IMG/VR virus record: IMGVR_UViG_3300017991_005548 | Coordinates: 232,328-296,327 of that record | Length of the DNA: 64,000 nt | Reading direction: 5' to 3' (one strand) | Shown here: piece by piece, positions 9,606 through 19,016 of the stretch | Position numbering within the stretch: the stretch's first letter is position 1 | Layout of the letters: each line of letters opens with the position of its first letter | Program-made: the position numbers and the translations under genes | Notes under the pieces: model-generated | Database searches by the model: none | Seen by the model: the letters and a program-made list of their open reading frames with translations, nothing else | What the model was told of the DNA's origin: nothing

Positions 9606-10422
9606 AATATTCCTCCAATATATAAACACAACCATTGTCTGATGGACAAAAGGTCAGAATTTTATTTCCAACCTTATATATTTCAAACAAATGAGTCGCA
9701 TCTCCTTCAGAGGAAAGCATATGCACAGTATTGTCACTTAAAAAGAAAAGTTTGTTCTTGACATAATATATGTCTTTTAGGTCTTTGCAGTCATCGATAA
9801 TTGTGTACGTTGAGTTTTTTCGTATCCCCCTTAAGCAATTGTTACCACTGTCTGCAAAACAGACAGTTTTTCCCATTATTGCAACTCCAGTTGGTTTAGA
9901 AATCCTCGTATTTTTTAAATTTGATATTGAGAATCCAGCCTTACCACAACCTATAAGTGGAAAGGCGTTCTCCTCATTCATTATAAAGCATCTGTGACAA
10001 TTTGTAGTGCTCCAGATGACTTGATTTTCTAATGAAGTTACATAAGTCCTTGAGTCGCTTCTTCCAAGGACTTTTCTTCTAAATTGTTTAGCACTGTTTT
10101 TTGAGATCAAATTCTCAAAATCCATCAACTCCAAATCGACTTTGTGAATTCGGCTACCACCTTCTGAAACTATATATAAACAATCATAACTGGAATTATA
10201 GCATATCGAACTGAAAGTTGAAAAGTCTGGCTTCTCAGTATATGTGAGTTCATAACGCCAATCAGGATTGCAGTCGCCATTATTCATCTTTCCTATGCCA
10301 TCATCATGTAGGAAAAACAGATTATCCCCAACACAACAAAAATCCTTGATCTCGAAGTTGATCTCGAAATTTCGTTGTTTTCGGGTGGTAAGGTTCTTTT
10401 CTGTAAGTTTATAGATCATCAA
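9571..10422 (-). CDS. degenerate NHL-type beta-propeller protein
   Basis: LYIVSEGGSRIHKVD and KPTGVAIMGKTVCFADSGNNCLRGI resemble NHL repeats. Confidence 0.6.
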   Translation of the reverse strand: MMIYKLTEKNLTTRKQRNFEINFEIKDFCCVGDNLFFLHDDGIGKMNNGDCNPDWRYELTYTEKPDFSTFSSICYNSSYDCLYIVSEGGSRIHKVDLELMDFENLISKNSAKQFRRKVLGRSDSRTYVTSLENQVIWSTTNCHRCFIMNEENAFPLIGCGKAGFSISNLKNTRISKPTGVAIMGKTVCFADSGNNCLRGIRKNSTYTIIDDCKDLKDIYYVKNKLFFLSDNTVHMLSSEGDATHLFEIYKVGNKILTFCPSDNGCVYILEEYYVESPEEAESY

Positions 10423-11776
10423 TGATTTCGAACTGATCTTCTACCATTCTACAAATGTGATTACCAAAGTTAATATCAACTTCCAAATGATCACCAAATG
10501 GTATAACTTGGACAACATGTCCTGTTTGTTGATAATAGCTTTCCAAAGTTGGATCAGTGCAAACAACAATTGCGCCTTTTCCATTTTGGTAGTAATCCTG
10601 TTCAGAGTATTTTGATCCTGCTTCTTTCGTCATTGAAGATGGATTAACAAACCAAGCAGGTTTGTCTCCTTTAAAAGAAACAGTAAAAGTTGATGCCGCC
10701 TTAGATTCTTTATCTATTGTTTCGAAAGTAGGGCTTTCATAGGGAAAGTCTTTAGGTATGTCTGGTAAACTACGTCCCTCTAAATGTAATACAGATGAAT
10801 TGTCTCCTACACAGCAATGCCCTATCTTCTCCACAATTGGCTTCCAATATGCTTGATAGAACTCCAGGGAGTGATATGGATACATATCCCTGATTTTGCC
10901 CCCAGGTCTTATGTCTTGCAAAAACAAATCTTTCCCAATATCTAATGCGATTACAATATCGTCACCATCAAATAAATCAATACCATGGGAATGTTTTACC
11001 CATACTGCACTTGGATGATTATTTTCAACTGCTGAACAAGCACGTTTGCCATACTCATTCATCAACTCTTGGATTGCATCAGCGTCGATGTCTCCCCAAG
11101 CATCTTGATAAGAAGTAAGAGATTGGGCTTGCTTTATTAAAGACTTAGATGAGGCCATCGGCATTTCCATTGGATCGGCCATTGGCATCCCTCCCATCGG
11201 ATCGGCCATCGGATCAGCCATTGGATCAGCCATTGGGACATCTTCCTCTTCTTCACTTTCTTTTTTGTCCTTGGCTAAATCCTCAGAATAATATTTGTGG
11301 ACAAGTTCCTTTATTTTAGAAATAATTCCGTTCAGTCTTTCTTCGCTTTTTTCTTTATCTTCTTCTTCAGCGAGTTCATCTTCGTCCATGTTGTCTATCA
11401 CAAACAAAATTTCACTAACAACAGCTTTTGCTTCGAAGTAATTTACTTTCTTCTGATTCTTATCCTCTTCATCCATGCCATCCGCCGTATCCACGAGACC
11501 ATCATAAATTTCTTCATAATGATCTGCTAATCTCGTCTCTGCCGAAACATCTTCTACTAATGGCTTTTGCAAATCCTCTATAGCGAATTTTTCTAAAGCG
11601 TCAATGTGATAAGAATGTTTCTCCGCAATTTGTTTGGCATCGCTATATGCTTCCCAGGCGTAACGATACAAAGGTTCTGAGAATTTTGTAAGGTTACTGT
11701 GATGGATGGATGAGAATTTGTTTATTGTAAAACAATATCTGTCTTTTATCTTGAAAACTTTAATGTGTTTGTTCAT
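10409..11776 (-). CDS. hypothetical protein with coiled-coil and MADP repeats (scaffold-like)
   Basis: 455-aa ORF with an acidic helical region and (MADP)n linker. Confidence 0.65.
   Translation of the reverse strand: MNKHIKVFKIKDRYCFTINKFSSIHHSNLTKFSEPLYRYAWEAYSDAKQIAEKHSYHIDALEKFAIEDLQKPLVEDVSAETRLADHYEEIYDGLVDTADGMDEEDKNQKKVNYFEAKAVVSEILFVIDNMDEDELAEEEDKEKSEERLNGIISKIKELVHKYYSEDLAKDKKESEEEEDVPMADPMADPMADPMGGMPMADPMEMPMASSKSLIKQAQSLTSYQDAWGDIDADAIQELMNEYGKRACSAVENNHPSAVWVKHSHGIDLFDGDDIVIALDIGKDLFLQDIRPGGKIRDMYPYHSLEFYQAYWKPIVEKIGHCCVGDNSSVLHLEGRSLPDIPKDFPYESPTFETIDKESKAASTFTVSFKGDKPAWFVNPSSMTKEAGSKYSEQDYYQNGKGAIVVCTDPTLESYYQQTGHVVQVIPFGDHLEVDINFGNHICRMVEDQFEIIDDL
11168..11235. repeat. 12-bp tandem repeat encoding MADP
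   Basis: Repeated GGATC[AG]GCCAT units in frame. Confidence 0.8.
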
Positions 11777-11788
11777 AGCTAAAACCTA

Positions 11789-11831
11789 AAAAAGGCTGTA
11801 TCGTGTTTATTTCCACAAATACAGCCTTTTT
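11789..11831 (-). terminator. terminator after the RNR gene; long loop contains GAAATAAA
   Basis: Perfect 13-bp arms AAAAAGGCTGTAT/ATACAGCCTTTTT with a T-run on the minus strand. Confidence 0.75.
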
Positions 11832-11844
11832 ACCTTTTATATGA

Positions 11845-14800
11845 TTACGAGTCTTTTTCGCTTAGCTTCTCACGTATGGATACTCCAAGTGCTCCGCTTT
11901 CACAATGACCGCCTGAGCAAGCGTCTCCAGCCCCGCCACCATAATTGTCTAAATTGCCATATTCATCTTCATAACATCCTGACCAGTCAACATCAATATA
12001 TGTTCTAGTCAGATCTAACCACTTCTTCCAGTTCGCGACATCTTTAAGGCAATATGTCATTTTTCTAACATCACCTTCAAAATAGCGATCTGCAAATTGT
12101 TTTGCCCTTCTGACCCAATCCAATTTTTCTTTGTAGTTTTCTACATTATGGTTAAGCCAAGCTTCAAGTAGTTTGTCTGGAGAGTCAGGGGACAATCCTT
12201 CGTTTTTCCACTTGATCCCATTTGTTTCAAAATCTCTGGAGATCTTATTTCTTAAAGGATCAACATAGATAATCTCTCCAATGCCAAGCAAACAATCACA
12301 AGCTTCCCAAAGATTGTCTTTAAATACTCTCAATCCGTCAACAATAAGACCGCTGGCGAATAAACTGCCATCCCCATACTCTCTGACGATCTCTGTGATG
12401 GTCATAACTGCCGTAAAAGGCGCTTGAGGGTAATCTTTGTCCCCAGACATAGGTAACATAGAAATTCCCGCATAATACCTTCTATTGCGATAAATGTGGT
12501 TAGCAACATCATCCCATTCATGTGGCTTGATGTTAATAGTGTTTGATACATTATGTCTTAGCCAAGGATAAATAGCCGTATCATGTCTTGTCCCTGACTC
12601 AACCCAATTCTGTTGAGTAAGCTTAACATTCTCAAGAAGAGTTATGGCACCGACCTGATTTTTGGTTTTGGCTCCATCAGGAACTTCGCATAAGAAGGTA
12701 ATAACAACATCAGTGTTATTATTTGACCATACTGATTCTTCGATAGCATCTGGGTTATGTTTTTCAAAATATTTCAGCGGAGTCTCAAGTTTGTTTGCTT
12801 GAACTCTCCTGAAATATCTTTTGGCATGATGAGGATGAATCCCAGATGCAGTTCCCAAAACACAACTCGTAGATCCAGCAGGCTTAACACATGTAGCTCT
12901 TGCACATAAATTGATGCCAAGTATTCCTGCAATCTTCTCATTAGTTTTAAGAATAAGTTTAGCACCCTTCCTTTGTAATGCAGGATCAAAGGCCATATCA
13001 GGATTATCTGCCATACCTGTCATAGAAACACCGAGAAGTGCCTCAAGCTTTACGATTTCCTGAGTGATGTTGCCCAAATAATGAAAGGTATCATACGAAG
13101 CTTGAATAGTGCCAATGATTGCCGCCGCTTTACAAGAGTCAAGAAAATCCTCTTCGGTTTTAACCTTCTTTACATTGATCTCACATAAATTGCAAAATTG
13201 CCATCCGCTAAGATATTCATTATTGTCCTGAGCGATAACAGCAGAGGCAAATTCTTTGCGGAATTGATCATTCAAAGGGAGCTTTGGGACCATGCCGATT
13301 TCAACACAGTTATGTACATAAACTCCGTTTCCATCGAACGCATGAACAACGGGAACAGTACAATCATATACTTTTTCAATCCCCTTACTCTCTTTAGAGG
13401 CAACTGTAGCTATGAATTTACTCTTATTTGGTTTTCTTTTATATTGACTCAACAAACTATCAAGTTTTTGAATTTTATATGGTTCTGAAAACCCGATCCT
13501 ATTTCTATAAACCCAAATAGATTCATTTGAAATAACAAGTTCATGGGCCGTTTGGCAAAAATAATCTTTTTTACCACCTTTTCCGTCAGGCATTGGTTTA
13601 AAACCCTCACCTCTACGGTTTTTATAAACTTTAGACACAATACCAAGGCGGAGGAGCATCCTTTGTACAGTTTTTAAATTGTTAAGAGAGATGCTGTGTA
13701 AACGTATTGACATCCCCTTCTTTAAATCGCCCTGGACAGATCCATCTGCATCAAAATACCCCTGAAGGAACCCTCTATACATATCTGAAGAACTTCCCTC
13801 TATTTTACACCCTATCTCCTTTTCACCACGTTTTATTCCGTAGTATTCTGCCATCTTTTTTAACCCAGAAGAATATAACCTTAATTTACCGACATTTGAC
13901 GTTTGTTTTCCTCCTGTCATTTCTTTATATGTATGAAGTCCTGACATTTTTATTCTTTTGATAGCCATCTTCATCATATGAGACCTTGACTCTCCCCAAT
14001 AGTCAAGCAATGCACTATTTTTAGTAAAGGTTCCGTCCCCAAGCAAACTGCCCAACAACCAACCTTTATCAAAGGTTTCATGAAACCCTTCTCCCTTCCA
14101 TGTAAGATTTTGGTGATTATGTAAAACTATTTGATCTCCAACGTTTAGGTCTTTCAGTTCAACCCAACCCTCTGGAGTCATTATCTGGTGATTACTGGTC
14201 GCCTCTATGCAAAATCCCTCTTTAGTTTCTAAACCAAAAAGCTCTTTTTCCCCAGTTTCAAACATCCCCTTTTTTGTAGTAGGATATACTTGACCATCAA
14301 CTATTGCTCCAAACTGTTTGCCCAAAAGATTTTTTGCTTTCTTCGGGCCATGATCTGTCATAACCCAAGTGTCACCACTAACACATGGATTATAAACGAT
14401 GTCATTACTTTCTGCCCAAACGAAGCCTGGTTCACCAAATTCTTTGTTCAATTCAATGAATTTCATGAACTGCTCTTTGGAGGTTTCGCTTCGCACTAAA
14501 ATAACAGAATTATTTGATCTTCCTCTTTGAGGATTCTCTTTGCGCCAAGCGCCAGTTTTGGCTTTTGCCATCTCTTCGTCTTCAGGAGAGAATAAACAAA
14601 TAGATGCACTGCGGCGAATTCCACCAGACAAAACAGCATCAGAGGAATGCATCATGATATCATAAGCATCAATTGGCCTAAGACAGTCACCAAACTTACA
14701 ACATCTATTAAGCAGAACATTGATATTATATAGTGATATTTTCAGTCCATCTGGTCCAGGGGCCTTGCTTCCTGAGGAAATTGGAGCACCTTCTGGTCGA

Positions 14801-15348
14801 ATTTGGGAAAAATCGAAGATCACTTCATATCCTTGATATTCTGGGAAAGGAACGTCATCTCCAATAAAAAATGAAGATAACAAAACCCCGACAGAATCGG
14901 CCCATCCTTCGATGCTGTCTGGGATTACGAAAGTCTTAGTCCCTTTAGTCGGGTTGGCTATGCCAGGAAGCTTCGCGACATGGTGGGTTTGAACTGAAAA
15001 TCCGATTCCACAACCACAAAGTAAAAGGAACATACCTTCTTGAAAAAATCTTGGTCTGTCACAATACGAGACCGTACAATTGTATAACTTCTCATGCTTG
15101 TCTAGAATTGGTTTCCCCCCAAACTGCAATGCCCTTTGAGATCCAAGAACCCTTTTTCTTCGAACCATTCGTTCTGCGAAATCCATTTCTTCTTTTAATT
15201 GCTCACAAATCTCTGGCCCAAGCTTCTTTCGATGCATGTCAAATACTCTAGTGACTTGTTCTTCCCAAGTCTCTCGTCTTTTCATCTCAGGTAGGTATTT
15301 GGCATACTTCGAAAAACGTGTATATTCTTGAAGTGCTCTGACGGACAT
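11845..15348 (-). CDS. nrdJ: class II (B12-dependent, monomeric RTPR-type) ribonucleotide reductase containing an intein
   Basis: RRETWEE, YNCT, GCGIGFS, IRRSA, NP|CVEI, QFCNLCE, TCVKPAGSTS and C-terminal C..G.C motifs. Confidence 0.93.
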   Translation of the reverse strand: MSVRALQEYTRFSKYAKYLPEMKRRETWEEQVTRVFDMHRKKLGPEICEQLKEEMDFAERMVRRKRVLGSQRALQFGGKPILDKHEKLYNCTVSYCDRPRFFQEGMFLLLCGCGIGFSVQTHHVAKLPGIANPTKGTKTFVIPDSIEGWADSVGVLLSSFFIGDDVPFPEYQGYEVIFDFSQIRPEGAPISSGSKAPGPDGLKISLYNINVLLNRCCKFGDCLRPIDAYDIMMHSSDAVLSGGIRRSASICLFSPEDEEMAKAKTGAWRKENPQRGRSNNSVILVRSETSKEQFMKFIELNKEFGEPGFVWAESNDIVYNPCVSGDTWVMTDHGPKKAKNLLGKQFGAIVDGQVYPTTKKGMFETGEKELFGLETKEGFCIEATSNHQIMTPEGWVELKDLNVGDQIVLHNHQNLTWKGEGFHETFDKGWLLGSLLGDGTFTKNSALLDYWGESRSHMMKMAIKRIKMSGLHTYKEMTGGKQTSNVGKLRLYSSGLKKMAEYYGIKRGEKEIGCKIEGSSSDMYRGFLQGYFDADGSVQGDLKKGMSIRLHSISLNNLKTVQRMLLRLGIVSKVYKNRRGEGFKPMPDGKGGKKDYFCQTAHELVISNESIWVYRNRIGFSEPYKIQKLDSLLSQYKRKPNKSKFIATVASKESKGIEKVYDCTVPVVHAFDGNGVYVHNCVEIGMVPKLPLNDQFRKEFASAVIAQDNNEYLSGWQFCNLCEINVKKVKTEEDFLDSCKAAAIIGTIQASYDTFHYLGNITQEIVKLEALLGVSMTGMADNPDMAFDPALQRKGAKLILKTNEKIAGILGINLCARATCVKPAGSTSCVLGTASGIHPHHAKRYFRRVQANKLETPLKYFEKHNPDAIEESVWSNNNTDVVITFLCEVPDGAKTKNQVGAITLLENVKLTQQNWVESGTRHDTAIYPWLRHNVSNTINIKPHEWDDVANHIYRNRRYYAGISMLPMSGDKDYPQAPFTAVMTITEIVREYGDGSLFASGLIVDGLRVFKDNLWEACDCLLGIGEIIYVDPLRNKISRDFETNGIKWKNEGLSPDSPDKLLEAWLNHNVENYKEKLDWVRRAKQFADRYFEGDVRKMTYCLKDVANWKKWLDLTRTYIDVDWSGCYEDEYGNLDNYGGGAGDACSGGHCESGALGVSIREKLSEKDS
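13309..14385 (-). mobile_element. intein (359 aa) with LAGLIDADG homing endonuclease
   Basis: Starts CVSGDTWV, ends VYVHN followed by Cys; internal LLGSLLGDG and FLQGYFDADG motifs. Confidence 0.95.
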
Positions 15349-15359
15349 AAAGTGTCTCC

Positions 15360-16580
15360 TTATTTCTCTATTAAATCTTCTACAAAACTACTGACAACTT
15401 CGAACATAAACTGCTTTACATCCCCCCTAAAGTCATCCACATCATCGATTGGTTGATCCAATCGTTTCAATAACTCTCTCCCATCTTCAACAATGTCTTC
15501 TGTGTCATCAAACGTTTGCAGTTTTATCAGAGCATCTTTGATTTCATCATGCACTTGCAATCTCCAGGGTTCTTTGCGATAAATATCACTACAATTTAAC
15601 AATCTCAAGTCATGAACTTGGTTTTTGTCTGAAAAATTTCTGGAGATATGATAGCTATGAGTTGTTGTGATGATTTGACTATCCTCAAAACATCTTTTCA
15701 TAGCCCTGATTAAAGGTAAATGTCTTCCACTTTCAACATGCATTTCTACATTATCTATTAGGATTATAGATGGGACGTATTCTAAATTCAAAAGAGAAGA
15801 AAATGTTTTCATGATTTTCCTCTCTCCATCGCTACATTCTTTATAGTGAATTGTTTCATTGGGTTTGTGTACGTAGAACCCGAACACATACTCTTTTTTA
15901 ATTCTGGAGTTTCCGACAGAGAATTCCGTTTCTTCTTCTTCTATCTCAAATCCAGTTACAGCTTCAAACAATTCTTTGAAGATCACCCATTTACCTCTGT
16001 CCAATTGGAACTTTCTTAGCTCCTGATCAAATCGAGTGAAGTAACATAATCTCATTACGAGATTTCTGATTTTTTCAGGGTGTCCTTTCTTAAATCCCTC
16101 CTTAGTGAGTATAACTTCATAATCTCCCAAAGATGTCCCCAGAGTTGCCCTAATGCAGAAGTCGGCATCCCCATAAACACCTGACTTATCCCCTCCTTCC
16201 ACATGACGAACAGCCTTACCAAGTATGGATTTTAGACGAACTTCATCATATTGTTCGTAATTAGTAAAAAGGGAGTAAATAATTTCAAGGGTTGTTGACT
16301 TTCCACAGCCATTGGGTCCGATAAAACAGGCAAAATTGCTGGTTTCATCTTTATAAGTAAAGTCTATTAAGAAGTCATGGAAGATTTTATAGTCTCTTAT
16401 GTAGAGACGCTTCACTTTGACGTAAGGAAAATCTTTCTCTGAGAAATTGGGCATAGCAGAAATGAGCTTCTGAAGGTCATCAGTGACATTTGTCTCATTG
16501 GTTACCTGATCTTCGGCACAATCAAACTCAGTTTTGTTCTCTATGAAAAAATCTTTACCTTTTGTCGTCACTTCGTCCAT
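15360..16580 (-). CDS. ABC/SMC-type (AAA_15/AAA_21-like) ATPase
   Basis: GPNGCGKST Walker A, SDGERK signature, ILIDNVEMH Walker B/D-loop, TTTHS H-loop. Confidence 0.88.
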   Translation of the reverse strand: MDEVTTKGKDFFIENKTEFDCAEDQVTNETNVTDDLQKLISAMPNFSEKDFPYVKVKRLYIRDYKIFHDFLIDFTYKDETSNFACFIGPNGCGKSTTLEIIYSLFTNYEQYDEVRLKSILGKAVRHVEGGDKSGVYGDADFCIRATLGTSLGDYEVILTKEGFKKGHPEKIRNLVMRLCYFTRFDQELRKFQLDRGKWVIFKELFEAVTGFEIEEEETEFSVGNSRIKKEYVFGFYVHKPNETIHYKECSDGERKIMKTFSSLLNLEYVPSIILIDNVEMHVESGRHLPLIRAMKRCFEDSQIITTTHSYHISRNFSDKNQVHDLRLLNCSDIYRKEPWRLQVHDEIKDALIKLQTFDDTEDIVEDGRELLKRLDQPIDDVDDFRGDVKQFMFEVVSSFVEDLIEK

Positions 16581-16743
16581 ACTTGCCTCCGCATAACTTC
16601 TTTGTTACTGTTCTATCAATAATCATTCGTCGTTTTTCATATTCAGTTTCAGGTTCAGGTGCAGGTTTATTTTCTGTATTTACTCTTGCACCATCTGGCA
16701 CATGGACATAGAATCCACCCAATTCATATTTTTCATCATTCAT
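16555..16743 (-). CDS. small hypothetical protein
   Basis: 62-aa ORF packed between co-oriented genes. Confidence 0.5.
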   Translation of the reverse strand: MNDEKYELGGFYVHVPDGARVNTENKPAPEPETEYEKRRMIIDRTVTKKLCGGKYGRSDDKR

Positions 16744-16747
16744 TCTA

Positions 16748-17218
16748 TTACCAATCCAAAGATCTGAGTTCTTCAGTAAGTATTCTGGGCAGTAGACTTA
16801 TGTGAAATTTAAATTTTGCAACATTTCCGAGAACTGTTACACCAAACTTTCTATGAGTTTTTGACGATATCGCCTCAATATAATCTTGTGCTTCTAATTT
16901 AGAGGTTAACTCTACAAATTGGCTGATATTCTCTCTTACCAAGAACTCTCCCAAGAAGTCGATCATGAAAGTGGAGAAGAACTCTTTCTCATATTTGATG
17001 TAGGTTTCTCTATCAAACCCCATATCATCCATGAATACTGAGAAAGTGATATCTTCGGTATCAATCGCTTCTTCATTTTCATTTTGAGACTGGACAAAAG
17101 AAAGAGATCTGATTTGAGGCTTCGTTTTTATAAAGCGCTCAATCATTTCTCGACAATGAAAACACTTGCCTCCATTCGAGTCTTGAAACAACTTATTGTT
17201 TGTTTGCTCTTTATTCAC
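16748..17218 (-). CDS. hypothetical protein with CxxC
   Basis: 156-aa ORF containing CFHC. Confidence 0.65.
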   Translation of the reverse strand: MNKEQTNNKLFQDSNGGKCFHCREMIERFIKTKPQIRSLSFVQSQNENEEAIDTEDITFSVFMDDMGFDRETYIKYEKEFFSTFMIDFLGEFLVRENISQFVELTSKLEAQDYIEAISSKTHRKFGVTVLGNVAKFKFHISLLPRILTEELRSLDW

Positions 17219-17285
17219 TTAATCTTGCCCTTGTTAGATTATGGTTATAAGCCTTTGATATTATAACCTGAGACGACCCAAAATC

Positions 17286-17753
17286 CTAGAACTTTATTGT
17301 CATTTTTAGGCCGACCTTTAAATTTTTCTTAAGTTTATCTCCGATTTCTTGGATATCGTCGTTCATATAGTCTGGACCTTCGCCTTCTTTGAAAGGTGTA
17401 AGTCCAATATCTGGTCTGACATGTTTCTTTATAAAATTACCTATTCTTCCCAATCTCGTCTTGGGTCTTTTGTCGAATTCTGTCTCTTGAACTGGCTCAA
17501 CACTCTCTAAAATTTCTTTCTTTTCTTCGTCTGTAAGTCTAAATATCTCGGTTTTAGTTGGCGGTTTTGAGTCTTCCGTTTCGACTATTTCCACCTTATC
17601 CTCTGAAGTTCCAAAAAGAGAGTTCAAATCGTCTTGGACATCTTCCAGTTTTTCCGTCTCTTTTTGTTTTTGAAGTGCTTTTTCGGCTTCTCTAGCTTCT
17701 TTCTCCCGCCGTCTTCTCTCTTTTCTTTCTCGGAGTTTTCGTAGTAATCCCAT
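17286..17753 (-). CDS. hypothetical protein with basic N-terminus
   Basis: 155-aa ORF, first gene of the leftward block. Confidence 0.65.
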   Translation of the reverse strand: MGLLRKLRERKERRRREKEAREAEKALQKQKETEKLEDVQDDLNSLFGTSEDKVEIVETEDSKPPTKTEIFRLTDEEKKEILESVEPVQETEFDKRPKTRLGRIGNFIKKHVRPDIGLTPFKEGEGPDYMNDDIQEIGDKLKKNLKVGLKMTIKF

Positions 17754-17836
17754 GTGAAAGGTTTTTCTCGATTTTAGTTAGAATTATTGGTAAGTTATAG
17801 TTCAAAAAAGTCAAGTTAAAAACCTGTATCTGAAAA

Positions 17837-18613
17837 ATGATTAACAACAAAAATAATTGGTATTCTGAGGCTAGAGAAGCCTCTTTAATCGTTCAAGAAG
17901 CTGGTATCACTGATAACTGGAAAACATTGGTGTTTGCGGTTGCACTTGTTTTATCAGGGTTATCTCTAATTGATGTATCTGAGAAGACTGGATTACCACC
18001 TGAACAAATACAACAAGCCCTCAATAATAAAGAAATAGTTGAACAAGCTCAAAATCAGGAAGAATCATCAATGCCTAGATTAGATTTCTCTGGAATCGAG
18101 GAATTAATTCGACAGCATGAAGTTTCTGGTGCCGAAAGGTATGTTAGAGTTAAAGGTAAAAACGTTGACATAAGAAAAGCATATCCTGATCCTATTCATG
18201 GATGGAAAGTTCCAACCATTGGTGTTGGTTATAATTTAAACAAACCTGAAGCCAGAGGGGAAATTGAAGCTCTAGGACTAGATTATGACAAAGTCCGTAA
18301 AGGAGAGCAAGCCCTAACTGATGAACAGGTAAATATACTATACCGAGACGATATAGCAAAAGCAATACTTTCTGCAAGAAGATTCCTACCGAATTTCGAT
18401 CAACAACCAACTGAAGTAAAAACAGTAATCGTAGACATGGCTTTTAATTTAGGTGAAACCCGATTGAGAAAATTTAAAAAATTCAGGAAAGCGCTCGAAA
18501 ACAACAATTATCAAGAAGCCGCAGAAGAGATGAAAAACTCTAGGTGGTATCATCAAGTTGGGAATAGAGCGAAAAGAAACGTTGAAAAAATGTTGGAATT
18601 TCACTCCAAATAG
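17837..18613 (+). CDS. GH24/T4-type lysozyme with N-terminal hydrophobic segment
   Basis: LIRQHE...YPD...PTIGVGYNL, IVDMAFNLG, EEMKNSRWYHQVGNRA. Confidence 0.9.
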   Translation: MINNKNNWYSEAREASLIVQEAGITDNWKTLVFAVALVLSGLSLIDVSEKTGLPPEQIQQALNNKEIVEQAQNQEESSMPRLDFSGIEELIRQHEVSGAERYVRVKGKNVDIRKAYPDPIHGWKVPTIGVGYNLNKPEARGEIEALGLDYDKVRKGEQALTDEQVNILYRDDIAKAILSARRFLPNFDQQPTEVKTVIVDMAFNLGETRLRKFKKFRKALENNNYQEAAEEMKNSRWYHQVGNRAKRNVEKMLEFHSK

Positions 18614-18759
18614 CCTATTTTTTCTCCCAGAATCGTAACACTTATATAATACTATATCTTACTTATTAATATAATAACTTATTATAATAATAAAGGCGAA
18701 ACCCAACTTTCACAAACCATTGATAACTTTATTGTTACATAAGTGCTATTTATTTTTCG

Positions 18760-18867
18760 TTAGTAAAAATTACTAACCCTTGAGCCACACTTTAGTAAAA
18801 ATTACTAACGAAAAATTAAAGATTAGTAAAAATTACTAATTTGCCATTTTTTAGTAAAAATTACTAA
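18760..18867. repeat. four identical 17-bp palindromic units TTAGTAA-AAA-TTACTAA
   Basis: Copies at 18760-76, 18792-808, 18823-39 and 18851-67 in a roughly 400-bp non-coding gap. Confidence 0.95.
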
Positions 18868-19016
18868 TTTGCAAAAATCTTGCATTTTTTCTTGGAATCA
18901 GAAAATGTGGTTGTATAATGACAATATGCTTTCGAAACCAATTGTTTTGAAAGTGAACCCTTCCTAGCGGGGTATAGGCTAGAGAGCGAGAGACATAATA
19001 AAAGGAGAAAAGTATC

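Noticed and set aside
18760-18867. Mini-CRISPR interpretation of the 17-bp repeats
   Set aside because: Repeats (17 bp) and spacers (11-15 bp) are too short and there are no cas genes; kept as an iteron/operator finding
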